Source: an uncultured Porphyromonadaceae bacterium (GTDB taxonomy: Bacteria > Bacteroidota > Bacteroidia > Bacteroidales > UBA12481). From it: a stretch of DNA of 64,000 nucleotides. Below are positions 25,357 to 34,709 of this stretch, one piece after another (the first letter of the stretch is position 1; the number at the start of each line of letters is the position of its first letter). A program made the translations under genes and the position numbers. The notes under the pieces are model-generated. The model saw only the letters and a list, made by a program, of their open reading frames with translations. It made no database searches and was not told where the DNA came from. Where the stretch lies: assembly GCA_964547475.1 (NCBI GenBank), contig CAZJNQ010000003.1, positions 22,074 to 86,073 of the forward strand. Reading direction: 5' to 3'.

Positions 25357-27773
25357 AACGTCATCACCAGCTTCAGGAAAATATTCCGGCCCGGTTCGGA
25401 GACGATCAGTCCCCGGTTGGTGGCCAGGTGGTTGCGGTAAGAAGCATTAAAGAGGTTATCCACGCCGGTAAACAACTGAAACGAAGTGATGCCCACTTCC
25501 CAGGGTGCAGAATAGAGCGCAACATCGGTAAGGAAATAGCTGTCTGATTCCACCTCTCCTTCCGCAATTTTACGCTGAGCCGCAACCCATGCAGTGGTCC
25601 ATTCAGCAGTGAAAATGCCCGGAAGCTGATACCGGACACCCGCAGCAGATGAGAATGGCGGAATAAGGGGAAGATCAGTATCCTGCCTGAGGTTTAAACC
25701 CCTTACAAAGGATGCTTTCGCGTAGAGGACCAGATTCCGTAGAGGCTGGTAGTTCACAGATGCATCGAACCCGGCCAGCAAAGCTTGATCCACATTGGCG
25801 TTGATCAAGGCCGGGAGCGTATCGGTCAGGCCGGCTTCAGAGCCCGTATTTAAAGTGTAAACAAAAGTTCCCGGTGTTTCGACAATCATGTCATGGATAA
25901 AATGAACAAATCCGTTTACCTGTAACTGGAAACGATCTTTCCACACCCGCAAGCCCAGGTCACCGAACCATCCCTTCTCCGGTTTAAGCAATGGATCTCC
26001 CAGCCTGACTTTGGAACCCAGGTCAATATACTTGAACCTTTCCTCGAGGGAGGGACTGCGGAACGAACGGCCGGCGTTGATGGTCAGGTCGAGGTAACCT
26101 GACAGGTGATATAAACCGCTGATGTTTGCCGACCAGGAGAGGGCTCTTATTGTATCGGCAGTAAAAGTGATCCGCTGGTTAGGGACAGGATCCCGTTCGT
26201 TCCCGTCCACAGTAATGCCGACCGGATCCAGCCCGATTTCATTGGATACCCTGATTACATCCGCCCGGGCTCCGCCAGTGATCTCCAGCTTTCCGTCCAT
26301 CAGGAAGAACTCCTGCTGAACAAACAGTCCGCCGCTTCCAAAACGCGATGGCGGAACAGGATTCTCATAGCGAATGACCTCCATGGTTTGAATGGGCATT
26401 TGAAAGGCATCGAGAACCTCCTGCCGGATATACTTGGTCCGGGTCGACAGGAGTCGGCGCTGCCACAGATCAATACCTGCGACCAGTTTGCCACGGTCTC
26501 CCGTTTTCCAGTTTGTTTCAAGCACCATACCGTTTGTATTATGCTTCCCACGGGGTAAAAGCCTCAGGGCGGTTACCCGCATGCTGCCGATCATGGATGA
26601 AGGCGTGTTCGGCAGAATCTCCACGTCGCGGAGGATAAACTGGTGATAAACCCTCAGGCTCATCTCGCTCATCCCGGGTAATAAATCCTTTATGGTATAT
26701 TTTGCGGATATGAGTTGCCTTTTTTCCTCAGGATAAGTGGCTGTTGCTGCGGCACTAAAAGGAGCACCTCCAGGAATGCCAACATCACATGCCTGGTAAT
26801 GTTGCCCGTTAATCTCAAGCTCATGATTTTTAAAGGGTTTTATCCCGACAGTGGCATTTAGGTTCCGGTCATCGAATCCTGAATTTTCCATGACCCCATC
26901 GGGTGTCCGGTAGTCGCCGGCTGTTCTGTACCCTCCGCTAACCCTCATTTTCCAAGCCTTTGAACCGGATTCAAGAGCGACATGAGTTCCCCAGAGGCTG
27001 TTAACCCCTTCAAAAATTCCGGTTGCCGAACCATGGATGGTCGGCTTGTCATAATACTGTCCCTTGCGCGTCAGGATATTCACGACACCTCCCATGGCTC
27101 CCGTTCCGTAAATGGATGAGGCCGCACCCTTGATGACCTCCGTCCTTTCGATCTCATTCACGTCGAACAGGGATAAACCGGCAACCAGGTCATTGGCCGT
27201 CTCGATACGGTCACCGTCAACCAGGGTCACCAGCCGTGATTCCCCAAGGCCCCTTATACTCACTGATGTACCCCATCCACCATCTCGCACCAGGGCAATG
27301 CCAGGTTCGCTTGACAAGACATCGGACAGCGTTGTTGCCGCCTGTTTCGGAAAATTCTCGCGGGGGACTACGGTCAGCGGAAGTGCAACATCACGCTCCA
27401 GCTTGTCATATCTTAAGCTGGATACGTGGACTTCACCCAGAGGAATGAGGGCCGGCAGAAGTTCAAACAATACGGTGGCGGTTTCATCCCGGTCAAGTTC
27501 GACTTGCTGGTTTTTTGAGTAATAACCAAGATAGCTGACAGAGACCTGGTAACTGCCCGCTGCCAGGCCGGTTATTTTGAACTTTCCACTCTCATCGGTC
27601 AGGCTGCTGACGGTTTCCGTTCCAGTGGCATTGGCAGCCTGAACATGCACATAGGCGAGTCCCCGTTGCGTTTGGGCATCGGTAACCCCGCCCGTAATGG
27701 CCTGGCCCATAGAAAGAAAGGGAATGGCCAATAAAAAGCCTGCAAAGAGGAAGTGACTAATGTTTTTCATCAT
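25353..27773 (-). CDS. TonB-dependent receptor with carboxypeptidase-regulatory-like N-terminal domain
   Basis: Signal peptide MMKNISHFLFAGFLLAIPFLSMGQ. YVHV...DESGKFKITGLAAGSYQVSVSYLGY (CarbopepD_reg-like). Plug region, and a C-terminal beta-barrel ending ...LKLVMTF. Start moved to the ATG at 27773. Confidence 0.88.
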   Translation of the reverse strand: MMKNISHFLFAGFLLAIPFLSMGQAITGGVTDAQTQRGLAYVHVQAANATGTETVSSLTDESGKFKITGLAAGSYQVSVSYLGYYSKNQQVELDRDETATVLFELLPALIPLGEVHVSSLRYDKLERDVALPLTVVPRENFPKQAATTLSDVLSSEPGIALVRDGGWGTSVSIRGLGESRLVTLVDGDRIETANDLVAGLSLFDVNEIERTEVIKGAASSIYGTGAMGGVVNILTRKGQYYDKPTIHGSATGIFEGVNSLWGTHVALESGSKAWKMRVSGGYRTAGDYRTPDGVMENSGFDDRNLNATVGIKPFKNHELEINGQHYQACDVGIPGGAPFSAAATATYPEEKRQLISAKYTIKDLLPGMSEMSLRVYHQFILRDVEILPNTPSSMIGSMRVTALRLLPRGKHNTNGMVLETNWKTGDRGKLVAGIDLWQRRLLSTRTKYIRQEVLDAFQMPIQTMEVIRYENPVPPSRFGSGGLFVQQEFFLMDGKLEITGGARADVIRVSNEIGLDPVGITVDGNERDPVPNQRITFTADTIRALSWSANISGLYHLSGYLDLTINAGRSFRSPSLEERFKYIDLGSKVRLGDPLLKPEKGWFGDLGLRVWKDRFQLQVNGFVHFIHDMIVETPGTFVYTLNTGSEAGLTDTLPALINANVDQALLAGFDASVNYQPLRNLVLYAKASFVRGLNLRQDTDLPLIPPFSSAAGVRYQLPGIFTAEWTTAWVAAQRKIAEGEVESDSYFLTDVALYSAPWEVGITSFQLFTGVDNLFNASYRNHLATNRGLIVSEPGRNIFLKLVMTF

Positions 27774-28023
27774 GATCCTTGATTTTAAGTACAACCGATT
27801 TGACATCGACACCGCTGAGGCGACCGAGCTGGCCGGTCAGTGAGCCGATCTGATCCGTTGTTCCCTCAAGAACCAGGGAGATGATGGCGCTGTCAGAGTT
27901 TTGAGCAGGCAAACCCTGACGTCCGATAATGATAGGCGAATGGCTGGAGATGATCGAATTGACCTGGGGTGAGATCTTTTTATCCTTGAGCAGGATAAGC
28001 ACGCTTCCAATTCTCTTTTCCAT
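27757..28023 (-). CDS. Small ACT/NikR-C-like protein of the TM1266 family ('putative iron-only hydrogenase system regulator' type)
   Basis: MEKRIGSVLILLKDKK...IIGRQGLP...AIISLVLEGTTDQIGSLTGQLGRLSGVDVKS matches my memory of the TM1266/TIGR03959 pattern. First ATG at 28023. Its stop lies 17 nt inside the TonB-dependent receptor ORF. Confidence 0.6.
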   Translation of the reverse strand: MEKRIGSVLILLKDKKISPQVNSIISSHSPIIIGRQGLPAQNSDSAIISLVLEGTTDQIGSLTGQLGRLSGVDVKSVVLKIKDHDEKH

Positions 28024-28161
28024 CAGCAATCCTCCGGATCAGATTGATTATAAACACCTTGGGACCAGAATACCGGTCACTCAGCAAATTGTTGTCACGG
28101 CGGTAAAGTTAGGAGGTTTATTTCAGATTTTTATGACTGATTGATGTATTTTCGCCACAAA

Positions 28162-29154
28162 ATGGAGGGATTCGTGAAGCGGTTCTGTTTTGCCATCTTG
28201 TCTTTTCTGGCCGTCCTGATCCTGAACGGGTGCCGGAATCCCGGAGAGGGACCGGGAACGGTCACTATCCTGGCCCTCAAAGGCCCGTCCGCGATGGGTA
28301 TGGTCGTTCTTATGGATTCCCTGAAGACAGTGGATGGAAAAGGGGTCAATATCGAGGTCCTGGAGGAGCCGATGCAGGTCAGGGCCCGGATGCTTGTTGA
28401 CAAACCCGAGATAGCCCTGCTTCCGCTCAATATGGCGTCTATCCTCTATAACAAGGGTCTGAAATACCAGTTGCTGGCTGTGCCTATTTGGGGCACCCTG
28501 TACCTGTTCGGGACCGATACGCTGATATCGGCGTGGCAGGACCTGAAGGGGAAAACGGTTTATATGATGGGAAAGGGAGCCACTCCGGACATCCTTTTCC
28601 GTTACCTTCTGGAGAAAAACGGGCTGGTCCCTGGCCAGGATGTAATACTGGATTACTCCTTCCCCACCCATCTGGATCTCGCCAATGCGGTCATTGCCGG
28701 GCAGGCGGATCTCGCGGTTCTCTCCGAACCGGAAGGCAGCCTGGCGCAGGAACGCAACGGTGCTGTCCGCTTGATCATGGACCTGAACCGTGAATGGGCC
28801 GAAGCCGTTCCTGAGAATCCGGGATTGCCACAGACGGCCCTGCTGGTCAGGAGTGATTTTGCCCGGGATCATGCATCCGGAATACTGGGAATTGCTGAAT
28901 CCTGGAAGCAATCGACGGAATGGGTGACACTGCATCCAACGCAGGCTGCCCGCCTGATCGTAGATCATCGTATATTACCCGACTCCTCAACGGCAGCCCG
29001 ATCCATACCCAGATCCAACCTCCAGTTCAAGTACGCTGAAGATGTACGCTCCTGCATTAACGGTTACCTTAAAGTTTTTTTTACTTTTAATCCTGATGCG
29101 GTGGGCGGCCACATGCCAGATGAAAAATTTATTTACACGAAACCGGATCATTAG
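28162..29154 (+). CDS. ABC transporter substrate-binding lipoprotein, NMT1/THI5-like (NitT/TauT family)
   Basis: Lipoprotein signal KRFCFAILSFLAVLILNGC. Periplasmic-binding-protein pattern. Alternative starts at 28144 (ATG) and 28174 (GTG). Confidence 0.75.
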   Translation: MEGFVKRFCFAILSFLAVLILNGCRNPGEGPGTVTILALKGPSAMGMVVLMDSLKTVDGKGVNIEVLEEPMQVRARMLVDKPEIALLPLNMASILYNKGLKYQLLAVPIWGTLYLFGTDTLISAWQDLKGKTVYMMGKGATPDILFRYLLEKNGLVPGQDVILDYSFPTHLDLANAVIAGQADLAVLSEPEGSLAQERNGAVRLIMDLNREWAEAVPENPGLPQTALLVRSDFARDHASGILGIAESWKQSTEWVTLHPTQAARLIVDHRILPDSSTAARSIPRSNLQFKYAEDVRSCINGYLKVFFTFNPDAVGGHMPDEKFIYTKPDH

Positions 29155-29875
29155 CCTTTCAGCAGTCGTCCTGCTACTGATCCTGTGGGAAATACTTTCG
29201 GTAACATCCGGATCGGACCAGATCCTGCCGGGACCTGACGATACTCTTGTCACCCTGGCCAGGATGGCCGGCACAACTGCTTTTTATCATTCCCTCCTGG
29301 CAACTCTGCTGAGGGGTTTGCTGGGTTTCGCCCTGGCTTTGGCCGTGGCGCTGGCCTTAGGCATCCCGGCCGGACTGAATTCGAGTTTTGAGGCGGCCAT
29401 CCGGCCTGTCATTGTCATCTTCCGTTCGACTCCGGTCATTTCCATCATCCTCCTGGCGCTGATCTGGTTCCAGGTAAACCAGGTTCCGGTTTTCATTGGT
29501 TTCCTGACCATGTTCCCCATCCTGACTACCAATATCTCACAGGGGATCCGCCATACCGAACCTTCCTACATCCAAATGGCGCGTCTGTATTCGGTGTCCG
29601 ATTCGCGTATCCTGCGTGAAATTTACCTTCCTTCCATCCTGCCCTGGCTGGTGTCGGGGATCTCCACTGCCGTGGGTTTTGGCTGGCGGTCAGTGATCAT
29701 CGGAGAGGTTTTGAGCCAGCCGCGATACGGAATCGGAGCCCTCATGCAGGATGCCCAGAGTTTCCTCCTGGTTTCCGAAGTGATCGCCTGGACGCTGGTG
29801 GCCATCCTGGTCGGATCCCTGTTCGAGTGGCTGATTCACCGTGGAGAAAAACGAATCATCCGATGGAAGCCATGA
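29120..29875 (+). CDS. ABC transporter permease (NitT/TauT family)
   Basis: About 6 TM segments. The segment ARLYSVSDSRILREIYLPSILP looks like the conserved cytoplasmic loop of binding-protein-dependent ABC permeases. Start taken at ATG 29120 (MKNLFTRNR...), which overlaps the substrate-binding-protein gene. Confidence 0.8.
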   Translation: MKNLFTRNRIISLSAVVLLLILWEILSVTSGSDQILPGPDDTLVTLARMAGTTAFYHSLLATLLRGLLGFALALAVALALGIPAGLNSSFEAAIRPVIVIFRSTPVISIILLALIWFQVNQVPVFIGFLTMFPILTTNISQGIRHTEPSYIQMARLYSVSDSRILREIYLPSILPWLVSGISTAVGFGWRSVIIGEVLSQPRYGIGALMQDAQSFLLVSEVIAWTLVAILVGSLFEWLIHRGEKRIIRWKP

Positions 29876-30543
29876 GCCTTGATCTAATAAATATTTCCAA
29901 ATCCTTTGGCGACCGGACCATTCTCGATGGCTTCAGCCTTTCGGTCCGGCCCGGTTCCGTCACCTGTCTGTTCGGACCATCGGGTTGTGGCAAAACGACT
30001 CTCTTGAACATCATGGGGGGGATCCTGGTGCCGGATTCAGGCATGGTGACCGGTTTTCCGGAAGAACAAAAGTCCTATATCTTCCAGGAAACCCGCATCC
30101 TGCCGTGGAAAACCGTCCTGGGCAATGTCCTGTTTCCGCTGGTTGACAGGATGCCCAGGCAGGAGGCTTTGGATCATGCTCGCGCGATGATCCGGATGGT
30201 CGGCCTGGAAAAAGAAGAGAAACTGTACCCCGGTCAGTTGAGCGGAGGGATGAAACAACGGGTGTCGATTGCCCGTGCATTCGCATTCCCGGGCACCCTG
30301 ATCCTGATGGATGAAGCTTTCCAGAACCTCGACAAAACCTTGAAGTACAACATACTGAATTCTTTTATGGAGATCTGGAAAAAGGACGGCCGGACCGTGG
30401 TATTTGTAACCCATGACATGGAAGAGGCCCTTTACATGGGACAACAAATCGTCCTGCTGGATGACCGACCCCTCCGGATCAGCAGGATCCTGGGCGAAGG
30501 CGACGAAAAAAACAGGGAAACTTTAATCCCCAAGCAGTTTTAA
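29863..30543 (+). CDS. ABC transporter ATP-binding protein (NitT/TauT family)
   Basis: Walker A GPSGCGKTT, signature LSGGMKQRVSIARA, Walker B LILMDEAF. An alternative ATG at 29872 forms an ATGA overlap with the permease stop. Confidence 0.88.
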   Translation: MEAMSLDLINISKSFGDRTILDGFSLSVRPGSVTCLFGPSGCGKTTLLNIMGGILVPDSGMVTGFPEEQKSYIFQETRILPWKTVLGNVLFPLVDRMPRQEALDHARAMIRMVGLEKEEKLYPGQLSGGMKQRVSIARAFAFPGTLILMDEAFQNLDKTLKYNILNSFMEIWKKDGRTVVFVTHDMEEALYMGQQIVLLDDRPLRISRILGEGDEKNRETLIPKQF

Positions 30544-33465
30544 GGAGAACATCAGCCCGTCGGTGCCCGTCGCATCGGGATTAAATCTCCGGGCATAACC
30601 GGCCGACCAGGTGGTTTTAAGATAGGAAAAAAGCACCAACTGGATATCAACCTGGGCTCCCAGGTTAAAGATGTGAGATATCTCTTCAGGCCTGTCAAAG
30701 TTCGTCATGATGTGGGTTCCGAAAAGGGAGGATTTGATGAATGTCGGATAAAGCCAGCTGGTTCCCACATCCCTCAGCCTGATGGGACGGAGGTTAATTT
30801 CTGCCATCGTTTTCACGTAATTATACGCCGGTATCTCGTCAATCTGGGCACCCGGGAAAGCCAGTGTTTTCCTGTAGTGTTCCGAAGGCTGCCAGTCGAG
30901 ATAATTGTTCCTGAATCCACCGAAATAAAAACTGGCCAGGCTCGATTCGCGGTCCCCGAAAGATTGGCCGACACTGTTCCGGATCCAGAAGCTGGTATTT
31001 TTTACGAATGGGACCATAACCCCGAAATCCTGGTTGGAAACGACCGAAGGGTAAAATTTTCCCAGTGCCAGGTAAGAGGTGGTGATCAGGTTCCAGGTAT
31101 ATCCGCATTCATCTTCCACGCCACCCAGGGTTTTTCTGAGCTTTGAAATGCCGATGGAGGCTGTCGCGGCCTGCATGCTCCTGATCGGTGAAGTCACGTT
31201 CTGGTAATCGGGTAAAACCTCCAGGTCACCATAATGGTAAACGCCGAAATCGTAGTTCCATTTGAAAGGCGACTTAAGTGTATATTGCCTTTCATGGGCG
31301 ATTCCCAGGGTATATCCCGCGCGGCTTCTCCGTGTCGGACCGAAAAGGTCATAAAAATGGGTTGGATTGTAGTTAGCCTTCAAACTCCAGCTCCAGAATT
31401 TCCATTGAAGCTGGGCATGGATCTTTTGCTTGTTGTCATCGGAGCTCCAGGGTGAAGCGGCCAGGAAAAGGTCAATGTCACTCAGGCCCAGCGGATCCCT
31501 CCAGTTCAGCCGGTAACCGACAGCCACCGTTTTCTTGAACCCGGCCAGATCGGGATAGGCGTTGGCAAGCCTCATCTGGGCGATGGGCCTGTAAGCCTCC
31601 ACTTTCAGGGAATCAGCGCTGGGGCCTGATTGGGAGGCAGGCGGCAGAGACCACTCTTCAACCACAGGATTACTTTGATGCACCAGGTTCCCCAGGTAAA
31701 TGATCGAATTGGCATCTTCCAGCACCTTGACCGGTATGATCCCCGGAGTCATCCCATCGCGATGGAACTTCAAGACCAGCAAGGAATCACTGTTCATCTG
31801 CAAGGGCATGAAAAGACCCGTTTCCGTATTGGACATCAGTTCAAAACTGTTGTCCTCCAGCCTGATCCGCCAGACATTGGATACGCCCGTATAATAAGAA
31901 GTCCCGATCAGGTACCGGTCATCCAAAGAAAATTTGAACTGGGTCAGGGTATTGTCCTCAAGCGTCAGAACGCTATGGTATCTGATCATTCCCTGGTCCA
32001 ATTCATTAATATCAAACAAGATAACCGATTGTTCACCCCGGATTCCCGACAGGGAGGCACAGAGCCGGTCACCCCGGTTGGAGACAGCCAGGTCAAAAAT
32101 GGCCTTGCCGAACGGAGCCGTGTAAATCGGGATCACACGGTCATAAGGCTCCGGGATTTTAACCAGGATGGAATAACCGTTATCGTTCCTTATTCCCCAC
32201 AGGCTTCTGTCAACCGGATTGTAAACCAGGTCGCCCGCCCGGGTCATGCGGTTGATTATTCTCTTCCTTCCGGACTTAACGTCTATTTCCACCAGGTTGC
32301 GGTATTTCTGGTTATGTTCGCTGATAAAAATCTTTTCCCGTGCCGGGTCATAGGCCAAACTGGTCGAGAAATACATCTGCGGTGAATCCAGGGTGGCTAC
32401 CTTCCGCATTTTTCCGGTCCGGACATCGATTTCGGCAATTTGCGAGACAATGCCGGGATAATTGACCGCTGCATAGATTTTACCGGTCGCGGGATTATAT
32501 CCGTAATTGGAAACATTGCCCAGCGGCTTGGTCGTAATGGCAGAGAACGGTGTAAGTGGAAACTCCTTGATCCGTCCTATGTTCTCCTGCTGAAAACGGA
32601 TTTCCCACCGGGTCCAGTCGTCCCATGCCTTCTTGAGAGGCATCTGGTATACATTCCGGAACTGGCCGGCAAAGAAGGATCTGCTGCTGTCTGTCCGCGT
32701 ATAGAATGCTTTCAGTTTGTCAATCCCGTACTGGTTGGCCAGATAGGTGACGAAACGGGTTCCGTAGAGGTAGGAGTTGGCGCCAACCTGAAAATCAATG
32801 GTCGTGCCTTCGGTCTCCAATCCGACAAGGGAATAGATGCGCTTGTTTTCATTGACGATGCTGCGGAAATACATCTCGTCATAAGTTCCCATCGTCCGGC
32901 CCAGGCCACCCGACATCCATGTTTCCATGAAGCACGCAATCCCTTCATGGTACCAGCGGGGAGTGTACCAGCGGGGAACGGTGACATAACTCCACAGCGC
33001 AGACACAGGCTTTTCCTCATTCCTCCTGACTTTGCCGTAAATGGCATTGCGGAATACTTGATCGGTCCGGTTGGCCTTATCGGCCATGACGACATGGGTG
33101 AGTTCGTGGTTGAAGAGCCACTGAAACCGTTCGTTTGACGGAATGATGCTGAAGGCAAATCCATAGGGTTCGATCCCGATCTGCACCTGGCTGAAAGGCA
33201 TGACCAGTGCCCCGGCATGACCCATGTCCTCGAAATCATTCAGGATAACGTACAGGGTTGTATCCTCGTAATTCCAGAGATTATGGTGAAAAGCCATGGC
33301 GTTGGCATAGGTCTGGGAAACATGAGGCAAGAGGTATGAATAACGTTTCCCGAAAAAGATCAGGTCGAGATTGTCAATCTTAACATGGTTGATCCTTTGG
33401 GCGAACAGCCCTGCACCTCCTGACCATAACAGACCGGATAGCAGAACAGGCAGCAGGCACCTCAT
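30523..33465 (-). CDS. Secreted 980-aa protein: N-terminal HExxH (HELTH...HEG) metallopeptidase-like domain, central beta-propeller-like repeats, beta-rich C-terminal region
   Basis: Signal peptide MRCLLPVLLSGLLWSGGAGLFAQ; FNHELTHVV plus downstream WYHEGIACFMETW. Repetitive strand-turn segments in the middle (...YNPATGKIYAAV..., ...YDPAREKIFISE..., ...YNPVDRSLWGIR...). No family name recognised with confidence. Confidence 0.6.
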   Translation of the reverse strand: MRCLLPVLLSGLLWSGGAGLFAQRINHVKIDNLDLIFFGKRYSYLLPHVSQTYANAMAFHHNLWNYEDTTLYVILNDFEDMGHAGALVMPFSQVQIGIEPYGFAFSIIPSNERFQWLFNHELTHVVMADKANRTDQVFRNAIYGKVRRNEEKPVSALWSYVTVPRWYTPRWYHEGIACFMETWMSGGLGRTMGTYDEMYFRSIVNENKRIYSLVGLETEGTTIDFQVGANSYLYGTRFVTYLANQYGIDKLKAFYTRTDSSRSFFAGQFRNVYQMPLKKAWDDWTRWEIRFQQENIGRIKEFPLTPFSAITTKPLGNVSNYGYNPATGKIYAAVNYPGIVSQIAEIDVRTGKMRKVATLDSPQMYFSTSLAYDPAREKIFISEHNQKYRNLVEIDVKSGRKRIINRMTRAGDLVYNPVDRSLWGIRNDNGYSILVKIPEPYDRVIPIYTAPFGKAIFDLAVSNRGDRLCASLSGIRGEQSVILFDINELDQGMIRYHSVLTLEDNTLTQFKFSLDDRYLIGTSYYTGVSNVWRIRLEDNSFELMSNTETGLFMPLQMNSDSLLVLKFHRDGMTPGIIPVKVLEDANSIIYLGNLVHQSNPVVEEWSLPPASQSGPSADSLKVEAYRPIAQMRLANAYPDLAGFKKTVAVGYRLNWRDPLGLSDIDLFLAASPWSSDDNKQKIHAQLQWKFWSWSLKANYNPTHFYDLFGPTRRSRAGYTLGIAHERQYTLKSPFKWNYDFGVYHYGDLEVLPDYQNVTSPIRSMQAATASIGISKLRKTLGGVEDECGYTWNLITTSYLALGKFYPSVVSNQDFGVMVPFVKNTSFWIRNSVGQSFGDRESSLASFYFGGFRNNYLDWQPSEHYRKTLAFPGAQIDEIPAYNYVKTMAEINLRPIRLRDVGTSWLYPTFIKSSLFGTHIMTNFDRPEEISHIFNLGAQVDIQLVLFSYLKTTWSAGYARRFNPDATGTDGLMFSLKLLGD

Positions 33466-33479
33466 CCGGAAGAAATGTT

Positions 33480-34709
33480 TTATCTGATGGTACCCAGTTT
33501 GTCGGCGTCGAGGATGGCCATACCCATCTTATCTGCGTCCATGAATATACCCAGCTTGTCTGCATCCAGGACATAGCCCATCTTTTCCGCGTCACGAATA
33601 ATGCCCATCTTTTCGGCGTCCAGGATAGTGCCCATCTTTTCGGCATCCACTATTATGGTTCCCATTTTTTCGGCATCCAGATACGTGCCCATCTTTTCAG
33701 CGTCCGCTACCAAAAACCCTATTAATTCCGCATCGAAATAGACCTCTCCCAGTTTATCCGCATCGGTGATGATGAAAGGCCCGAGTTTTTCAGTGTCAAA
33801 AATCGCCAGTTGTTCAATATTCCCTATTAGACCGAGCTGTTGTGCATCCAGATAATAATCACCCATTTTCTCCGCATCGGCGGCCATTCCCATTTTTTCA
33901 GCATCCATGGCACCCAGCTTTTCAGCATCAACGATCCGGAGCTTTTCAGATTCGCTCCAGGCGCCCATTTGTTCAACGTCATGTTGTACCTGCTTCATTG
34001 TAGCCGCATGGTCATACCAGCGGAGTTTGCGGTAATCCGTCAGCAGGGTCTTTTTGCCAAGGAATTTTTGCATGACCTTGTCTCCTGTGACCAGTGAAGC
34101 GTTAGCCATATTCACCGCCAGGATGTCATGAGCCTGTTTGAGCCCCTCATAATCACCTGATTGATTGGAAGACAGGAAGGATTCCGCCTGGTTGATGAAA
34201 TCCACGACCACCCGGCAGCGATAGTTCTTTTGTGCGATCACGTTGTTGACCTGGTTAAGGGAGTTCCGGATCAGGGCCGGATCCGTGTTTTTAGGATCCT
34301 GCACGGCAGCCAGGGCAGCCAGGAAATAACCTCTCGTGGATGCCAGGTAGGTCCCATAACTGTTTAATTCCTTGATCTGTCTGGTCCCAAATGCCTTGAA
34401 AGCTTCGGCTCCATTCGCTTCAGTCACGGCCTTGCTGATGTTCCCCGCTACCTGGATCGCATCCAGGTAATGGTACGTGATGTAATTACGGAGTACCCTT
34501 AGACCAGCAGTGTCTGACACCAGGTCATTCTGAAGCCGGATATCGGCTTCGGAAACCTTGATGTTGCGGTATTTGTCCACCTTGGTTATGGTTCCGGCCA
34601 GTTCTTCATCCTCCACTTTCGGATAATCGACCGTAATGCCCACCAGGAAACCAATGATCAGCCCGGCTACAACACCGGCTACGATCATAAGGATGCTCGA
34701 CTTTTTCAT
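33480..34709 (-). CDS. Signal-anchored protein A (409 aa) with a conserved ~210-aa domain and a C-terminal DAEK[LM]G repeat array
   Basis: MKKSSILMIVAGVVAGLIIGFLVG N-terminal anchor. Residues 1-250 align without gaps to the neighbouring paralog. C-terminus holds ~16 repeats. 14-nt gap to the downstream 980-aa gene. Confidence 0.85.
   Translation of the reverse strand: MKKSSILMIVAGVVAGLIIGFLVGITVDYPKVEDEELAGTITKVDKYRNIKVSEADIRLQNDLVSDTAGLRVLRNYITYHYLDAIQVAGNISKAVTEANGAEAFKAFGTRQIKELNSYGTYLASTRGYFLAALAAVQDPKNTDPALIRNSLNQVNNVIAQKNYRCRVVVDFINQAESFLSSNQSGDYEGLKQAHDILAVNMANASLVTGDKVMQKFLGKKTLLTDYRKLRWYDHAATMKQVQHDVEQMGAWSESEKLRIVDAEKLGAMDAEKMGMAADAEKMGDYYLDAQQLGLIGNIEQLAIFDTEKLGPFIITDADKLGEVYFDAELIGFLVADAEKMGTYLDAEKMGTIIVDAEKMGTILDAEKMGIIRDAEKMGYVLDADKLGIFMDADKMGMAILDADKLGTIR
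33483..33983 (-). repeat. Coding tandem repeat, ~16 units of 9-11 codons (hh-D-A-E/D-K-L/M-G-x-h)
   Basis: ...VDAEKLGAMDAEKMGMAADAEKMG...DAEKMGTYLDAEKMGTIIVDAEKMGTILDAEKMGIIRDAEKMGYVLDADKLGIFMDADKMGMAILDADKLGTIR. The DNA shows a recurring cccatcttttcggcrtcc. Confidence 0.9.

Noticed and set aside
28024-28161. Looked for a TPP or other riboswitch upstream of the NMT1/THI5-like substrate-binding protein gene
   Set aside because: The ~115-140-nt spacer shows none of the conserved TPP-riboswitch segments I can recall (for example CTGAGA ... ACCTGATCTGGATAATGCCAGCG-like) and no obvious multi-stem structure. An Infernal/Rfam scan would be needed to be sure.
28123-28968. 281-aa minus-strand ORF opposite the ABC substrate-binding protein gene
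   Set aside because: It is fully antisense to a well-supported lipoprotein gene. Its translation is low-complexity (Q/R/G/P-rich) with no recognisable motif.
31630-33138. 251-aa and 232-aa plus-strand ORFs opposite the 980-aa gene
   Set aside because: They are antisense shadows. The minus-strand frame is uninterrupted for 980 codons and has a signal peptide and an HExxH motif.
33380-33646. 88-aa ORF (MPKRWALSWTPKRWALFVTRKRWAMSW...), and the similar 87-aa ORF at 34787-35050
   Set aside because: These are out-of-frame readings of the DAEKLG repeat arrays. The repeat periodicity creates long open frames in several phases. The DAEKLG frame is contiguous with the conserved N-terminal domain and the signal anchor.
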